Shown here: positions 11,490 to 24,400 of the stretch, in pieces | How the letters are laid out: each line of letters starts with the position of its first letter | Position numbering within the stretch: the first letter of the stretch is position 1 | Assembly (NCBI RefSeq): GCF_018977255.1 | Contig: NW_024704743.1 | Location: 111,974,001-112,038,000 of the forward strand | From: Callorhinchus milii | Taxonomy: Eukaryota | Length of the DNA: 64,000 bases | Direction: 5' to 3' | Program-made: the position numbers and the translations under genes | The notes under the pieces: generated by a model | Database searches by the model: none | Told to the model about the DNA's origin: nothing | What the model saw: only the letters and a program-made list of their open reading frames with translations

Positions 11490-12090
11490 ATTGCCCACAC
11501 AACACTGGCTCGGCTGCTCTGGTAATTTGTTCTGATGCAGTAAATAACTAGGCATAATGAAAATACCCTGATGTATTCCACGATCTGATTGATGCTCTGT
11601 GTGTGATACAGCAAGAGCCAGTGCACTTTCCTATGACAAATCTGCATACAGAGAACAGTGATGCCAGCATGACAATGGCAGCAGCTGCCGGAGGTCTGCG
11701 CCATTTTTAAACAGTTATGAATTACTTTTGACCCTCGTGGCCTTTTATAGTAGTTTTTGAGATCTAGGCTTATTGGAAGTCATCAGTCTGCAGTGTTCAT
11801 TCTCCACGGTACAGGGTTGGTGTGGGGGTGGGGGGTGGGAGGTTCCTCCTGCAACTATAAATATGGCTGCGCTGATGGTCTGCTCAATCAGCATCTTCTT
11901 GCTGACACCACATGACAATGTTTCCGAGGATCATACCTCTTCAATGAGGATCATTCATTAGGCTCTTGCTGCCTTTGTCGCCATTCGCTGCCTTTATTAT
12001 AATGCACTGACTTAGCTGTCTAAAGAAGAGGACAATGAAAGGTTACTGGGGGATGAAAGCATGCACGCTACTCACTCATGTTTCCTTTAT
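11490..12090. promoter_or_regulatory. Candidate conserved non-coding elements
   Basis: Unique repeat-free sequence with TGATTGAT at 11586 and homeodomain-type motifs. Confidence 0.35.
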
Positions 12091-13099
12091 AGACACTCTT
12101 CAATAATTAACCAAAGGCTTTCTTTGGCCTTCTAGGCTTTTGATGTGCATATCAAACATGCAAACTAGTTCATATTTTACGGATTATTTAATGCTCAGAT
12201 TTGATCACGTTTGCAAGTATAAACTGATCACCTGCCTTAAAACCTGACATGGAAGCGAAAAGAGGAATTAAAAGTCAGGTGTAATGACAGGGGTGGGTGG
12301 GGGCGATTGGGACTGGTGTGTTAAAAAAGGTGGCTTTTGTTCTGAAAGAAATTTACAGAACTGTTTCACTCTAAAGTCATTGTGAGAAGTTGAATTGTAG
12401 TTCAGAGGTGACGTTGATTCATAAAGGCGGGAACCAAGAGGCTAAGAAATAATACATGTTTCTGCATCACCTGGACAGCCGCTGACAGACAGACATGTGT
12501 TGTTGAGGAGGGGAGAAGCAAATAATAGTGAGAAGAACCAAAACAGGCACGGTTGGAAAACTGGGCTGAGAGCCGACATTAACTTAGACAAGGAGTGAGT
12601 GGGTTGAAACCTTCAGTTCTTTCATTACATTAGCCACTTCAATACTCGAGTTGCCTGGCAGTTTGTAACAAAATTACAAAACATCTGAAAAAAATATTTT
12701 GCTTTGATGTCTAATCCTAAACAATGTGAGTCATTTTGGATAAATGTACTGCCACAGTAGATCATTCATTACTTTGTTAGGTTCTCTAAACTAAGGAAAC
12801 AATTGAAATCCTTTTCACAAGAGAGTAAGGCCCTTATCCCCACTTGATCTCATTTTTTCAGAATGGTCATCTTCCCATTAGAGCATTAAACTTTTCCTCT
12901 AAAATCCTGGCTTTAACCATCCAACCAGGTATCCCTCTTACTGATGTTAATTATTCTCTTTGGGGGGAATAGTAAGGTGTGTGTTCTGAAAGGATGAGAT
13001 CGGATGGGCCTCTTCATCCAAACCAATCTTCTGGTCTTGTGCAGTGTGTCCTAACCTTGTTCTTTGCAGCACTGCACCTGTTCTGCAGTTCTTGTTTAT

Positions 13100-13930
13100 G
13101 TGAAAAGTGATGTTTCGGGCAAATTTTTCCTACCCGTAAAGCACCTTGCATGCCTCAATAAGATGTCTCTTTGAAACTGAAGAGCCCTGGTTTATGTAAT
13201 TATTCCTCATAGCTCATTCCTCAAAAAAATAACATTGCTCTACTCTGCACCACCTCTGGGATCCGGGTAGTGCTTAAACAAGGTGACCAGAACTTTACTT
13301 AATATTTCAGATGTGGCCTAGAACAATGTACCATTTAAGGATGAGGTTTGGGGATCACCTACACTCAACTGATTTACCAATGTAGCACATTATCCTGATG
13401 GTTGTTTTATTGCTGCCTAACATTGTGTTGACATGGTCAATAAACACCATAGGTTTTTTTTATTTTTCTTCCCCAGCCAAATTCTGTCCCATCCTTTGAC
13501 TACACTTGCCTCCTATTTTTACTTCTGATATGCTGTACCTTGCATTTGTCAGCGTTGATCTTAATTTGATAATACCTTGCATTTATCAGCATTGATCTTA
13601 ATTTGACGATACATTACCTGCATTTATCAAAATTGATCTTAATTTGACAATACCTTGCATTTATCAACACTGATCTTAATTTGACAATAATCAACCTCAA
13701 ATGTGTTTCTCATTGAGCTCCCTTTGTTAGGTCTAGCCTCCCTGCTTTGATTCCACAGTGGCCACACCCACACAAAAAAAAGTCATGTAATCGGCCAAAT
13801 GCCTTACACTATGAATCCAAGTCATTTGTGTATAATAGGAACTAAAGGGTCCAAGCAAGATTCTTTGAAGTTCCTGTCTCAACACCATTACCCGCATTGC
13901 AATATACCTGTCCTTATAATTACTCTCTGC
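13100..13930 (-). mobile_element. Degraded CR1 ORF2 (RT region)
   Basis: Minus strand gives KINADKCKVQHI (CR1 FNxDKCKVxH motif); a FWSP-like motif lies downstream on the same strand. Confidence 0.65.
13536..13689. repeat. ~37-bp minisatellite, 4 units
   Basis: Unit taccttgcatttatcagcattgatcttaatttgacaa starts at 13536, 13573, 13615 and 13651. Confidence 0.9.
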
Positions 13931-13959
13931 ATCCTTCTTTTAGTTACTAATTGGCTTTC

Positions 13960-14535
13960 ACATTGGGAGGACATCTCAAAGATCTTCACAGGATATACTG
14001 TGACGTGCAGTGGCTGTGTGTTTTGTGGGCGAATGCAGCAGCCAATTTGCACAAAGCTAAGGTTGATTATCGTCAAATTAAGATCAATTTTGATAAATTA
14101 CAAGGTATTGTCAAATTAACATCAACGTTGATAAATGCAGGTATTGTCAAATTAAGATCAATGCTGATAAATGCAAGATATAGCATATCGAAAGTAAAAA
14201 TAATCCATGTGAACTCAAAGAATGGGATAGGATTTGGAAGGAGGAGAGAAATGAAAGAAACAGCCAAGAAATGAATGACCAATTTTACTCAGGGACTTGT
14301 TGACCGGGAGAATCGCCCTTCTCTTTTCAAATAGTGCCATGGAATCTTTAACCTCCATCTGAACAGACAGGACCTTGATTTAACATTTCATCTGAGGACA
14401 GCATCACTGACAATGCAGCACTCCCCGGATCTCCATTAGAGTGTCAGCAATGTTATTTACAAGTCCTGATATGGGGCTTGAACCCACCACCTTCTGATTC
14501 AGAGGCGAGAGACCGATCAGCTGAGCCAGGCTGAT
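13960..14535 (-). mobile_element. DeuSINE-like SINE interrupted by an inverted minisatellite copy
   Basis: 3' part at 13960-14057; the rest at ~14250-14535, ending in ctgagccaggctga. Confidence 0.75.
14060..14202. repeat. Inverted copy of 13514-13697 (3 minisatellite units plus flanks)
   Basis: aggttgattat(cgtcaaattaagatcaat..gataaatgcaaggtatt)x3..gcatatcgaaagtaaaaata is the reverse complement of the left arm. Confidence 0.9.
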
Positions 14536-14539
14536 AGTC

Positions 14540-15330
14540 ACTCATGTCACTTTGTCTCTCACATAATATTGTAGCAAAGGCTTTTTTTAAAAAGTCTATT
14601 AGGTACATCTACAAGGTAAGTCTACATCATAAATCTCCTTCCTGTGTCCAAGTACCCCAGGGTAAATTTCTGTCCTGGGGGAATTTATTGGTTTTATGTC
14701 CCTTCATGCTATATCTAGTACTTCTGTCTTGCTAATGTTACAGTCCCAGATCACATTCTATGTGCACTGGATGTTGTTTTGTTTTAAAAAAAAGCTAAAA
14801 ATTGTAGTTATTTAATATTTTATTGTATCCTCTTCATTCACCTTTTCAAAACTCTTTAGGTCTCTTTGGGCTCCAACTTCCTCCCTGACTACCCTGGTGT
14901 TGCTGTAATATTAAAAGTTGTTTTGACATTGGTTTTGCGCCTGTTGCTTTGTGCTCGTCAAACTCTCTCTTAGATCTCAAATTTTTTTTGATCTCTGTTG
15001 GTATATTCTTGCGTTGGCTAAGTAGCTCGGCTTCTCCTTGCAAATTTCCTTTTATTTTTTTAATATCCCTTTCCGTTGATCCATTTTAGAACCCATTTGT
15101 TTAGTTTTTCCTTGTTGCATGTGCCCTGCATGCTGCCTGTTTTTAAAGGATATCCACTTATTCTTAACAGATTTATCCTTAAAGACTGTTATCAGCCCTC
15201 AAACCCCTGAAGTTTGTTCATCTAAAGTCACAAAACAGGTTTCAGCACGGTTTGCTTGCTTTCCCAATTCATGTTGAATGTTACTGTACCGTGATCAATA
15301 TTGCTTGGCATATTATCTTCTTACGCTCCC
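14540..15330 (-). mobile_element. Degraded CR1-like LINE internal fragment
   Basis: T-rich + strand typical of antisense CR1 ORF2; Lys/Arg-rich frameshifted remnants on the minus strand. Confidence 0.4.
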
Positions 15331-15353
15331 TGAAGAGTGACTGAGTATCCAAT

Positions 15354-15715
15354 TATAATAATCCTTACATTTGATATAGCATCTTATAATGTCTTCGAGA
15401 CGTCTCAAAGTACTTCACAAGATACACTGTAAAGTGTAGTGACTATATATTTTGTGGGCGAAACATGGCAGCCAATTGTGCATGGCAGTGTCCCACAAAC
15501 AGTAGAGGATTGAGTTACCACTTTTTTTATTATTATTAGTTTTTTGAAGAGATAATTACCTCAGTTTAACATCTCATGCAAAGGACAGCACTTTTGACAA
15601 TGCAACATACCCCCAGCACTGCATTGGAGTGTCGTCTTAGACTATATGCATCCAAGCCCCAATTTTGGGCTTGAAACCACAACTTTCTGACTCAGAGGCA
15701 GGAGTGCTAACATTG
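15354..15715 (-). mobile_element. Chimeric SINE: DeuSINE head joined to a tRNA-Ala-type 3' part
   Basis: Ala-type ttttgaagagataattacc segment abuts Deu-type tcagtttaacatctcat... and the head. Confidence 0.65.
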
Positions 15716-16193
15716 TCAGATACTATTTGAAAAGGAGAAAGGTGTTATCTCCAAAGAGAGATACCCTTAGTGTGTTATCCTGGCCCTTTCGCTCATTAAA
15801 CATACCAAACTAGAGTCCTCAGCCTAATCTTGATCTCAATTACCTTAACCCCGTGTGTGTGCCTTACATATAATAAAGTGAATTCATCTCATATTTTTTT
15901 CTGAGTTTCCAGTACCCGTACAAGTTACATTGTTTTAGATTTATGTTTGATTCTGTGTTTCTACAACATCATAAAACGTCAGCTCCCATCAACTCCTGTA
16001 ATTTCATAATTTTATTTAGAATTCTTCTGATATTCATGTATAAACCTTTCGTTATGCTCTTTCCCGTGAACCTCCTTATCTGATTGCCTTGTCTTGCCAT
16101 TAGAGTCTTCCTTTGATCTTTCAGCTTTTTTTAAAAATCTGTTATGCTTTAGCCTTTTACCCTGAACTCCAACCTTTCTTACCTCCTACTGAT

Positions 16194-16633
16194 TGTCAGG
16201 CTAGCTCAGTGGTAGCACTACCGCCTCGGAGTGAGAAGGTTGTGGGTTCAAGCCCCATGTTGGGACTTAGATTCACATATTTTAAGATGACATTCCAATG
16301 CAATCAAGTACTGGGGAGTGTTGCATTGTTGGAGGTCTCATCCTTCAGATGAGATGTTAAATCAAGGTCCCATTTGCCTGTTCAGGTGGATGTTAAAGAT
16401 CCCACGGCAATATTTGAAAAGAGAAGGGAGTTTCTCTGGTTGTCCTGGTCAACAAATACACCAAGTAAAATGGTCACTCACTCCTTGGCTGATTGTGGAA
16501 TATTGCTCTGCGTAAACTGCCCATAAACTATAGAGTCAATCCACTTTACGGTATATCTTGTGAAGCACTTTGAGACATTTTGATGATGTGATGAAGCACT
16601 ATATCAAATGCAAGTATTAACATTATTATTATT
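16194..16633 (+). mobile_element. Full-length DeuSINE-like (SacSINE1-like) tRNA-derived SINE
   Basis: A box tagctcagtggt, B box ggttcaagcc, Deu-type domain cagatgagatgttaaatcaaggtcc..caggtggatgttaaagatccc, L2-like tail and (TTA)n. Confidence 0.85.
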
Positions 16634-16634
16634 A

Positions 16635-18085
16635 TCCTTTGGCTGAGACATTAAATCGAGGTCCAATCTGCCTGCTCAAGTGGACGTTAACAACAACAAA
16701 ATTACATTTGTATAGCGCCTTTCACGGTGGAAGGACGTCCCAAGATGCTGGACAGACAGAGTTATGGACTTGAGCTGGTGGTTGAGATGGGGGAGGGTGG
16801 AGGGCAGGGGGAGGGGGTGGGGGGCAGGGGAGCAGCAAAATTGAAAGCACGGTCGAAGAGGAGGGACTTGAGATGGGTCTTGAGGGGGCGAGACGGAGCA
16901 ACTGCGGGATGGATTTCCAGAGGGTGGGTGCAGAGTGGCGGAAGGCCTGCCTGCCAACAGTGGGGCGAGCAAGGCGGGGGACATGAAGCAAGCCGGAGCC
17001 CACTGAGCGGAGGGAGTGAACAGGGTGGTAGGGGGTTTGGAGGTCAGAGAGGTAGGTGAGAGCAAGACCATGGAGGGCTTGGAAGGTGTGGACTAGGATC
17101 TTGAACTGTATCCTCTGTGTGGTGGGAAGCCAGTGGATTTGGGCAAGGATGGGGATGAGGATCACGAGCCTAGTGTGGGAGAGGACATGGTCTGCAGAGT
17201 TCTGGATGATCTGCAGCCTGTGGAAGGAGGAGTTGGGGAGGCCAACAAGCAATGAGTTGCATAGTCAAGCCTTGATGTAATGAAGGCATGTATGAGGGTT
17301 TCGGCGGCCTGTGGTGTGAGACAGTCGCAGAACCGGGCGATGTTGCGGGGGTGGGGAAAGGCAGAGAAGGTCATTGTGCAGATGTGGGGGTCCAAGGTTC
17401 TGGACTAGCTTAGTAAGGTGGAGTGTGCAACCATGGATGGTGATGCTGTCAGTGCCTGAGGTGAGAAGGCGCTGATGGGAGCCAACCAGGAGAGCCTCGG
17501 TCTTGTTGACGTTCAACTGAAGAAAGTCAGCTCTCATCCAGGACTTGACAGACATTTTGTCAGGACAACAGTGGTCCTGGAGTCAAGAGTGGAGGCGGAG
17601 AGATAGAGTTGGGTGTCATCCACATACATATGGAAGTTGACCCCATGTCTGCAGATGATGTCACCAAGATGGAGCATATAGATATTGAAGAGGAGGGGAT
17701 CAAGGACAGAGCCCTGAGGAACGCTGCACAAGACAGTCCGGGGGCTGGAGGAGAAGACATTTGAAGAGATGACGTGCAGGCGGTATGAGAGGTATGATCT
17801 GAACAGTTAAGGACAGCGCTGTGGAGATTGAGGTGAGAGGAGAGACACTATTACACTATTCGAAAAGAAAAGGGAGTTTCTCTCTCCAAGTGTTCTGGCC
17901 AAATATCAACCAAATAAAGTTGGTCACACACTTCATATTGTTTGTGGTATATTGCTGTGCGCAAATTGGCTGTTTGTTCACCCACAGAGTACACAGTAAC
18001 TCCACTTTGCAGGACCAAGACCTGTGAAGCACTTTGGGACATCTTCTCGGCATAAAAAGCATGATAACAAATTCGAAGATTATTA
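16635..18085 (+). mobile_element. DeuSINE-like SINE split by an L2 insertion (16635-16689 and ~17848-18085)
   Basis: The consensus ...gtggacgttaa breaks off and resumes as cactattcgaaaagaaaagggagtt on the far side of the L2. Confidence 0.75.
16689..17845 (-). mobile_element. L2 LINE, 5'-truncated, with frameshifted RT domain
   Basis: [59 protein letters not shown] and LAQIHWLP..IQFKIL across several frames; (TTG)n tail. Confidence 0.95.
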
Positions 18086-19379
18086 TGGGCTTTCAAAACT
18101 GACTACAATTAAACCTCCCTCCATCTTCCAAATTGCAAACATTATGCATCTTCTTTTAATAGCAAGAAGCCCCATAAAATCCATTGTACACGCCAGTCAT
18201 GTTAGTTCAATAAATGGAATCAGATATTCCCTAGCCTTTTCTGAATTTGTATTTCAGAGAGGTGCATGAGAACACCTGCACAATAGACTGAGCATTCCAG
18301 TCAATAGGGACCATGTAGACATGACTTGCTGTGCGCTTCATTATCACAATATGCAGTCCTACACAAAGTACCATTAACACTGGCCTTCTTCTTATGCCGA
18401 GGGCATGGCATCAACTCCGAGGATTTCTCTTGCATCCTTCATGTGTCAGAATGTAATGACACACATCTTAGGAAGTGCTCATCAGCTTTATCCAAGGGAA
18501 CGCTTCCCCAGCATGTTTCATTCAGTTTCCTTGTCAACTGTTAACATTCAATGCTCTTTTGTATCCATTCTGTCCTCAGTTATAAAGCAAACTTTTAATT
18601 GGATTGCTTGTTGATCTGTATTAGTCTGAAATATAAGAATACAGCTCAATACGCAATGAAGAAAGAAGAATTATAACAAACGAATGTACACCCAGGAGGA
18701 AGAACTCAGACTTTTTGAATTTCAGCACTGAGCTTCATCTTTGAAGGGGGATCTAAACCCCGTGAGAAACCATTATTTTCATGCACTTATATTATCTTAT
18801 ATGACCGTTGGCCCTTCAAGTATGAGACTGGTTTTGCAAGTGCCACAATTTATGTGTCTCAGTGCATTTCAGATGATGAGGTGGGGCTTGCTCATTTTTT
18901 TGTTATGCTTAGCAGGGGGTTTGTAAGAGTTAAAAGCAACCCGTGCAAGTTTCATAATGTGTAAAAGTGGAGTGGAATTGGACAATGTCAATACGTTAAC
19001 CAGGCAAATAGATCGTTAAAGGGCTAATGGATTAAAGATCTCATACAGTGCAGATCAGTTTGATCTTTGCACAGGTGCTGATTCCTGCTCTGACATTGAG
19101 TGATAGCTAAAGGTTGTCAAAGGTTCAGTGTAAAGGAACTGTGAGTGAGCTTAGCTGATAGGATTCATGTAATATTAGTTAGGGGACCACATAGTAGGTA
19201 GATCAGAGAGGGAGAAGGTAGTCCAGAAAGGGAATGGGGACTGAGCGGGAAAGTGAGATTTGACTTGTCTAGAAAAAAATATCAGCATAGCGTAGAGGAC
19301 AGTGAGGCAGTATTCTGGATGAATCAGATAAGTTGGGTAAATTACCTTCTTCATCCAAACCAATCTTGTGATCTTGTTA

Positions 19380-19690
19380 CTTTACCATGTACAAGCTTGC
19401 AGATTACCAAGTAACAACTTCCAATGTTTCCACCACATCCACGGATGTTGGTGTCTCCAACCTAAACTTGTTGAAGCCCAGGAGTTCCTTTGTATGAACG
19501 CTCTTTTGGAATCCAGTGGCCAAGTCCAAGTGAAGCAGCCACATTGAGAAAGCCCCTGTGCCTGCCGATCCCATCACACTGGTCGTCAACCAGTTGCAGG
19601 AATACAGTTTTACAAAGTATCTGCATTGCTACATTTATCTGCCCAAGATTAAGTCAACAAATTCAAGTCACCTGGCAAAGAAAATGACTG
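19380..19690 (-). mobile_element. Possible RTE-like RT relic
   Basis: Frameshifted remnants AASLGL and ETLEVV. Confidence 0.25.
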
Positions 19691-20039
19691 AGGGCAATGA
19701 GTCAGAGTATTGTAGGACTTTCTTTTAAAACTTTAGTTGTTTCCAGTCTAGTTCATTCCTGTTAGCTTTCTGGGTTTCCATGTCATTTCCTTGCTATGAT
19801 TTATGGGCAAATACTATCACATTGCACTCATAATTCAAATGGGAAGTCCATTGCGTGCTGTGGGACCCAAGACATCCATTTTATTACTGAAACGAGTAAT
19901 GAAATGAAGTGGATTTACACAGGGGCTGTGAATCTTAGCGATGTTCAGTGAACAAAAACAATTGTAGGGGTGATCTAGGAACTTCACCTTCCCACTCACA
20001 GAGACCAGAGCAAACAGGCAGTTGGCCATCAGCAGACAA

Positions 20040-20335
20040 GTGATTGCTGGAGGTGCCATCCTTTGGATAAGACATTAAACTGAGGTCCTGTCTGCCTGTT
20101 CAAGTGGACATCAAAGATCTTGTAGCACGATTCAACAATAGTCCTGGCCAACAATGCTTCAGATAAAAAGAATCATTCACCTCATGGCTGTTGTGAGACA
20201 TTCCTGTGCACAAATTGGCTGCAGTGTTTACCTACAAAGTACAGTCACTACACTGTACAAGAAAATCCTATGAAGCACTTTGAGATTTCCTCCTGCCATG
20301 AAAGGCTCCATCTCAAATGCAATATTTATGTTTTA
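20040..20335 (+). mobile_element. DeuSINE-like, 5'-truncated
   Basis: ggaggtgccatcctttggataagacattaaactgaggtcc through to the tail. Confidence 0.75.
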
Positions 20336-20970
20336 TTAAGCTTAACACATTTCCCTTTTCTTTAAAAAAAACGTAAGGGAGAGCCAAGTGCTGTTTTCAG
20401 AATAATGTCACAAGGAAGGGACGTAATGATAATTTTTAACAGTAGTGAGTCAACGCTTCACAGATTTATAAACAAATGAGAAAAGGTTTGCTGAACACTC
20501 TTTCATGCAAAATTACTAAGTGCAAATTAAGCGTTGAAATGAAAAGAAACATTTTAGTATTGAACCTCTGTAACCCTTTAAAGCACATGTGACATTTACT
20601 ATTTCTGTGATCCTTACAATAATTTGGTGCATGATTTCAAAATAATGATCCACATTTCACCTCATGAAGTTTTCTCCGTTAAAACGTTACAAAAATCTTA
20701 TTGTAGAGCTGCCAGTGGTTGCCAGGCTAAATTCTGCAAGATTATATTTTTCTGATAAAACAAAGTCAGCAGTAAACCCAACAGGAAATATTCAAAAGGT
20801 TTTGTCTGTGGTTTGGGCGTCAACCAGGGAAAAGAGAGAGGCTGAGACTTCACATGCTTATTGGTGAAGTGGTCACTATAAAATGTTTATTCAAACAATC
20901 CTACAGTGTTGAATCTGGAAGCTTCTACTGTCCAATAGGGCAAACTGCTCATGACATTAGCCTGCCTTAG

Positions 20971-21265
20971 ATGCCAGCCTGGCTCACTCAGTTGCACTCT
21001 CACCTCTGTGTCAGACGATTAAGCTTCACCTGGTCAGGTGGATGTTAAAGATTGCATGGGGCTATTCAAACAGAGGAGTGAAGTTTCTCCCAGTGTCCTA
21101 GCCAATGAAATTGTATATTCTCTTCCTTGCTGTTTGTGGAACTTTGGTGTGTACAAACTGTTGCTGCATTTGTCTACATATAAACAGTCATCACACCTTA
21201 CAGAAATGCTGTGAACTACATTGAGACATCCTCAGTAGTATAGGTTCTATATAAAATGCAAGTTT
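20971..21265 (+). mobile_element. DeuSINE-like with internal deletion
   Basis: Head gccagcctggctca, caggtggatgttaaagat and tail. Confidence 0.7.
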
Positions 21266-21309
21266 TTTTTAATAATGAAGAGAATGACAAATTGTTTATT
21301 TTGATAATT

Positions 21310-21520
21310 GGAACTCCTTTCTCTTTTCAAATAGTGCCATAGGATTTAAACGCTCATCTGGACAGGTGTTGGTCGAACATTTTTATGGGAGACTACTGTG
21401 CTCAATTTCACCCACAAAATATACAGTCAATTCACTTTACAGTATATTCTGTGAAGCGCGTTGAGACATCTCTAAGATGTGATACGGTGCAATATAAAAT
21501 GCAAGATTATATTATTATTA
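21310..21520. mobile_element. Two SINE fragments in opposite orientation
   Basis: 21310-21365 is a minus-strand Deu piece; ~21395-21520 is a plus-strand 3' tail. Confidence 0.65.
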
Positions 21521-22169
21521 CCATATTTCATTCAAAGGGTGGCACCTCCAACAATAAAATGCTTGAGATATTTACACTCCTTGTTTTCTCACTCGAGTGT
21601 GTTTCTAAGCCCAGTTTCTTGAAATAAGTTCAACTTTGATTAACTCTGATCAAACCAAACTCCGAATCCCCACTGGAACACGCTGTGGCGCAATTTGTTT
21701 TGAACTATGCTGCGTTTCTTTTACAAACAACTTTTTCAGATCACCCACACAACATTGTGCAGCTGTAGTTTGCAGCGATTCCTCAAAGAAAATTGAAACA
21801 TGATGGGTTACTGGACTGTGTCATGTCCAATTTTACAAAATTCATTGTAAATACAATGGATTTAGTTACTAATCAAATGAAGCAGGGGAAGGAAATAAAT
21901 TATCAGTTCTACTGTACACAAAAGGTGCTGTAAGTTTGGTGTGGTTTCTGTAAAGAGATTTGCATTGTACTTGTTAATTTATGATTAATAGACTTAGGCC
22001 TCTATTCACTCACATTTTGAGGCTTTCAACCATTGTTCAGTAAACTGCTGCTGGAAGGTTATATTCACCGGGCATCTGGTGAAGTTACAGATTTATAATG
22101 ATGCTGAAACACTGTAGACATTTTTGCTGGAAAGAGCTACTGAGTCGGTTAAGCGTGCTGTGGGGTACA

Positions 22170-22420
22170 GAAGTGGGCCACACAGGCAGTTCCAGGCTGG
22201 ATCCGACCCTTGCTCTGAGCGATCAATGGGGTGTTATGAGATCTAGGAGGAAGAGAAATCAGTGGGGCTCCCGCTCCTCGTCAGTGTTGTTGGGAAGGGC
22301 CTGTGTGTAGATGTTGGAGAAAGAAATAAGATGTGGTACTGAGGTGTAGTATTGTCCACAGTTGAATTGCCTACTGACACAGTGGATGAAGAATGGTTAT
22401 GGTGTGATTCTAAAGTTGAG
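22170..22420 (+). mobile_element. Ancient repeat, probably a separate SINE family
   Basis: gctcccgctcct..gtgtgtagatgttggag.. resembles the reverse complement of 25430-25550. Confidence 0.35.
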
Positions 22421-23689
22421 CTTACATGTGGCTGGCTCTTGATGAGAATTCAGTTTCCACTATTTGCACTGTGCATGTGTGGGTTGCTTGGGTTTTGGGG
22501 GTCCGGTGGGCATGCAAACACAGCGTACTCTTCACTTCTCTGAGTGCAATGAGTAGGCTGTGGAGCTAAGGTTGCTCAGTCAAAACACAGACTGTGTGTG
22601 TGAGGCACAAATCACAGAGTGCGACTGGGTAGCATGGGCCTCATTATTTGTTTATAGAACATGCCAACACTGATTTCATCACAGACAAAAACCTTAATGG
22701 TCAAATGTTCCCTTTACTGCAGTAAAACAGTTTTAAGACATCAAATTTTTTTCCCAAAGCTGCCCATGAAGACTCCAGCAAAGGGGTCAGTTGTGACTCA
22801 CCAAGCTGAGAGATGAAGACACATTTTTCTTAAACATAAAGTTGTACAAGCAAATGCTGCCCTCAATTGAAATATTGGAGCCAAATCTGCATATTTTCAA
22901 AGCCTGCTATTTGTACTTTCCTTGTTATTGAGCCAAGAAACTAGAATATACTCATTTGACAAAAATATCTGCCACCTGAGTCACACAACAGTGCTGGATA
23001 ATGACAATATTTTCTACTGCGTTGGAATCAACCATAGGATAATGCTAGTTCATTCGAGTAAAAACTTCACATCACATGGATGTTTGGCCACAAATTAGTC
23101 AGTTCTGGGTCCTCTTGAGTTCTTGTCAGAGGTTGACCAAATGGTCCTGGAACATTACTCCAGAATGTAAGAAAGGCGATCTCTACCATATAGCACTTGT
23201 GACAAATGTTCCATTGATACCAATATAACAGTCTTGGGAGAAATTCACACTGTACATGTACAAAATCTGACAGGACCTAAGCTCACATGACAGAGAGGTT
23301 TAAACAGCAATCAAGTAAGTCTCTATACTGGTTCAGTTCCACCTCCCGGATTTCCCACCCCAATGCTCAACCTCAGTTCAGCTCCCCATATACATTTTTG
23401 CGGAAGTGGGTACATCAAATTCCTAAGCACCCCTCCTGCTGCATAACATTAAATATGTATTAACATATTGTCCTAAGCACAATTCTTCCTTAAGTTAACC
23501 CAACATAAGCATCAGGTCCCTTTCAACAACACCTTAAAGGTATATAGCACCCTTCACACAGGATGGAGTATTATTCCATTCTCGCTTACAACACAGCTGT
23601 TCAAAAGAAGACCTTGTACAAAACGTTAGTTAAACATACAACAAAGCAAATAACAAACATACCTCACCAAACACTAAGTATTCACTAAG

Positions 23690-24400
23690 GACTCTGTTTC
23701 ACAGAAAGCAAGGCAATAATGGCAGAGGGAATGAACAACACTATTGAGAGGGAGGCAGCCTGAGAAGCAGATGTGCTATGTAGGTATGGACCAACCACCT
23801 TATTGATGAGGTGCTGAAATACACAAATGTAGTCCTGGCAATCGACATAACACTTCCCATCCCAGTTTTGAGTAAGAAGAGCTGCGAGCCAATCACCCAT
23901 TGCATTCTCGCAGGTCAAGAGGATAAGAGACGGATGCCAGGAGTGATTTAATGATGTCTGCAGGTGGTCCAAAGGATCAAAGGAGAAACTGGATGCCAAA
24001 GATATGGTCATATGGAAAACTGATGAACTACAGACTGGGGAGGAGTTCATCCGGTACAGCATATAACTGCTACACTGTTCCCTGGGAGAAAGAGGGAAGG
24101 TATGGAGAGCTAAATATAGATAGTTGAGAGGAATGTCAACATGATGTTAAGTGCAACAAGATGATGTTACAAAGATACGTATGCACAGCTTGAATGTTTT
24201 CATAGCCTCAGCATTAGTATTCACAGGTGCAACAGTTTATTGTCCTTTAATAGAAATGGTCAAGAATGTTAATGCGCAGGTATTACCAAAGGTCTTCACT
24301 GTTGACATTAGGCCTTAGAAAAGACTGGTTGCTTTAGTCAATTAAGGCTTCATGATATTCTTTCCTTTTTTACTGTAAAAGCTCCTTTTGGTGAGAAGCC
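23690..24400 (-). mobile_element. Highly degraded LINE RT relic
   Basis: Frameshifted remnants resembling PQG/P.LF and YLGI..W..HI RT motifs. Confidence 0.3.

Noticed and set aside
13536..14202. CRISPR-like array
   Set aside because: The units are directly tandem with no unique spacers, derive from CR1, and sit in vertebrate DNA with no cas genes.
17257..17267. miR-153-like ttgcatagtca
   Set aside because: An 11-nt match inside L2 coding sequence, with no hairpin.
16676..17760. Long overlapping ORFs as a host gene
   Set aside because: They are frameshifted pieces of L2 ORF2 and their antisense or alternative frames.
22339..22363. let-7-like sequence tgaggtgtagtattgtccacagtt
   Set aside because: The seed is broken, there is no complementary arm, and it lies in a repeat relic.
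23685..24062. 125-aa ORF as a gene
   Set aside because: No recognisable protein; the region looks like a degraded LINE.
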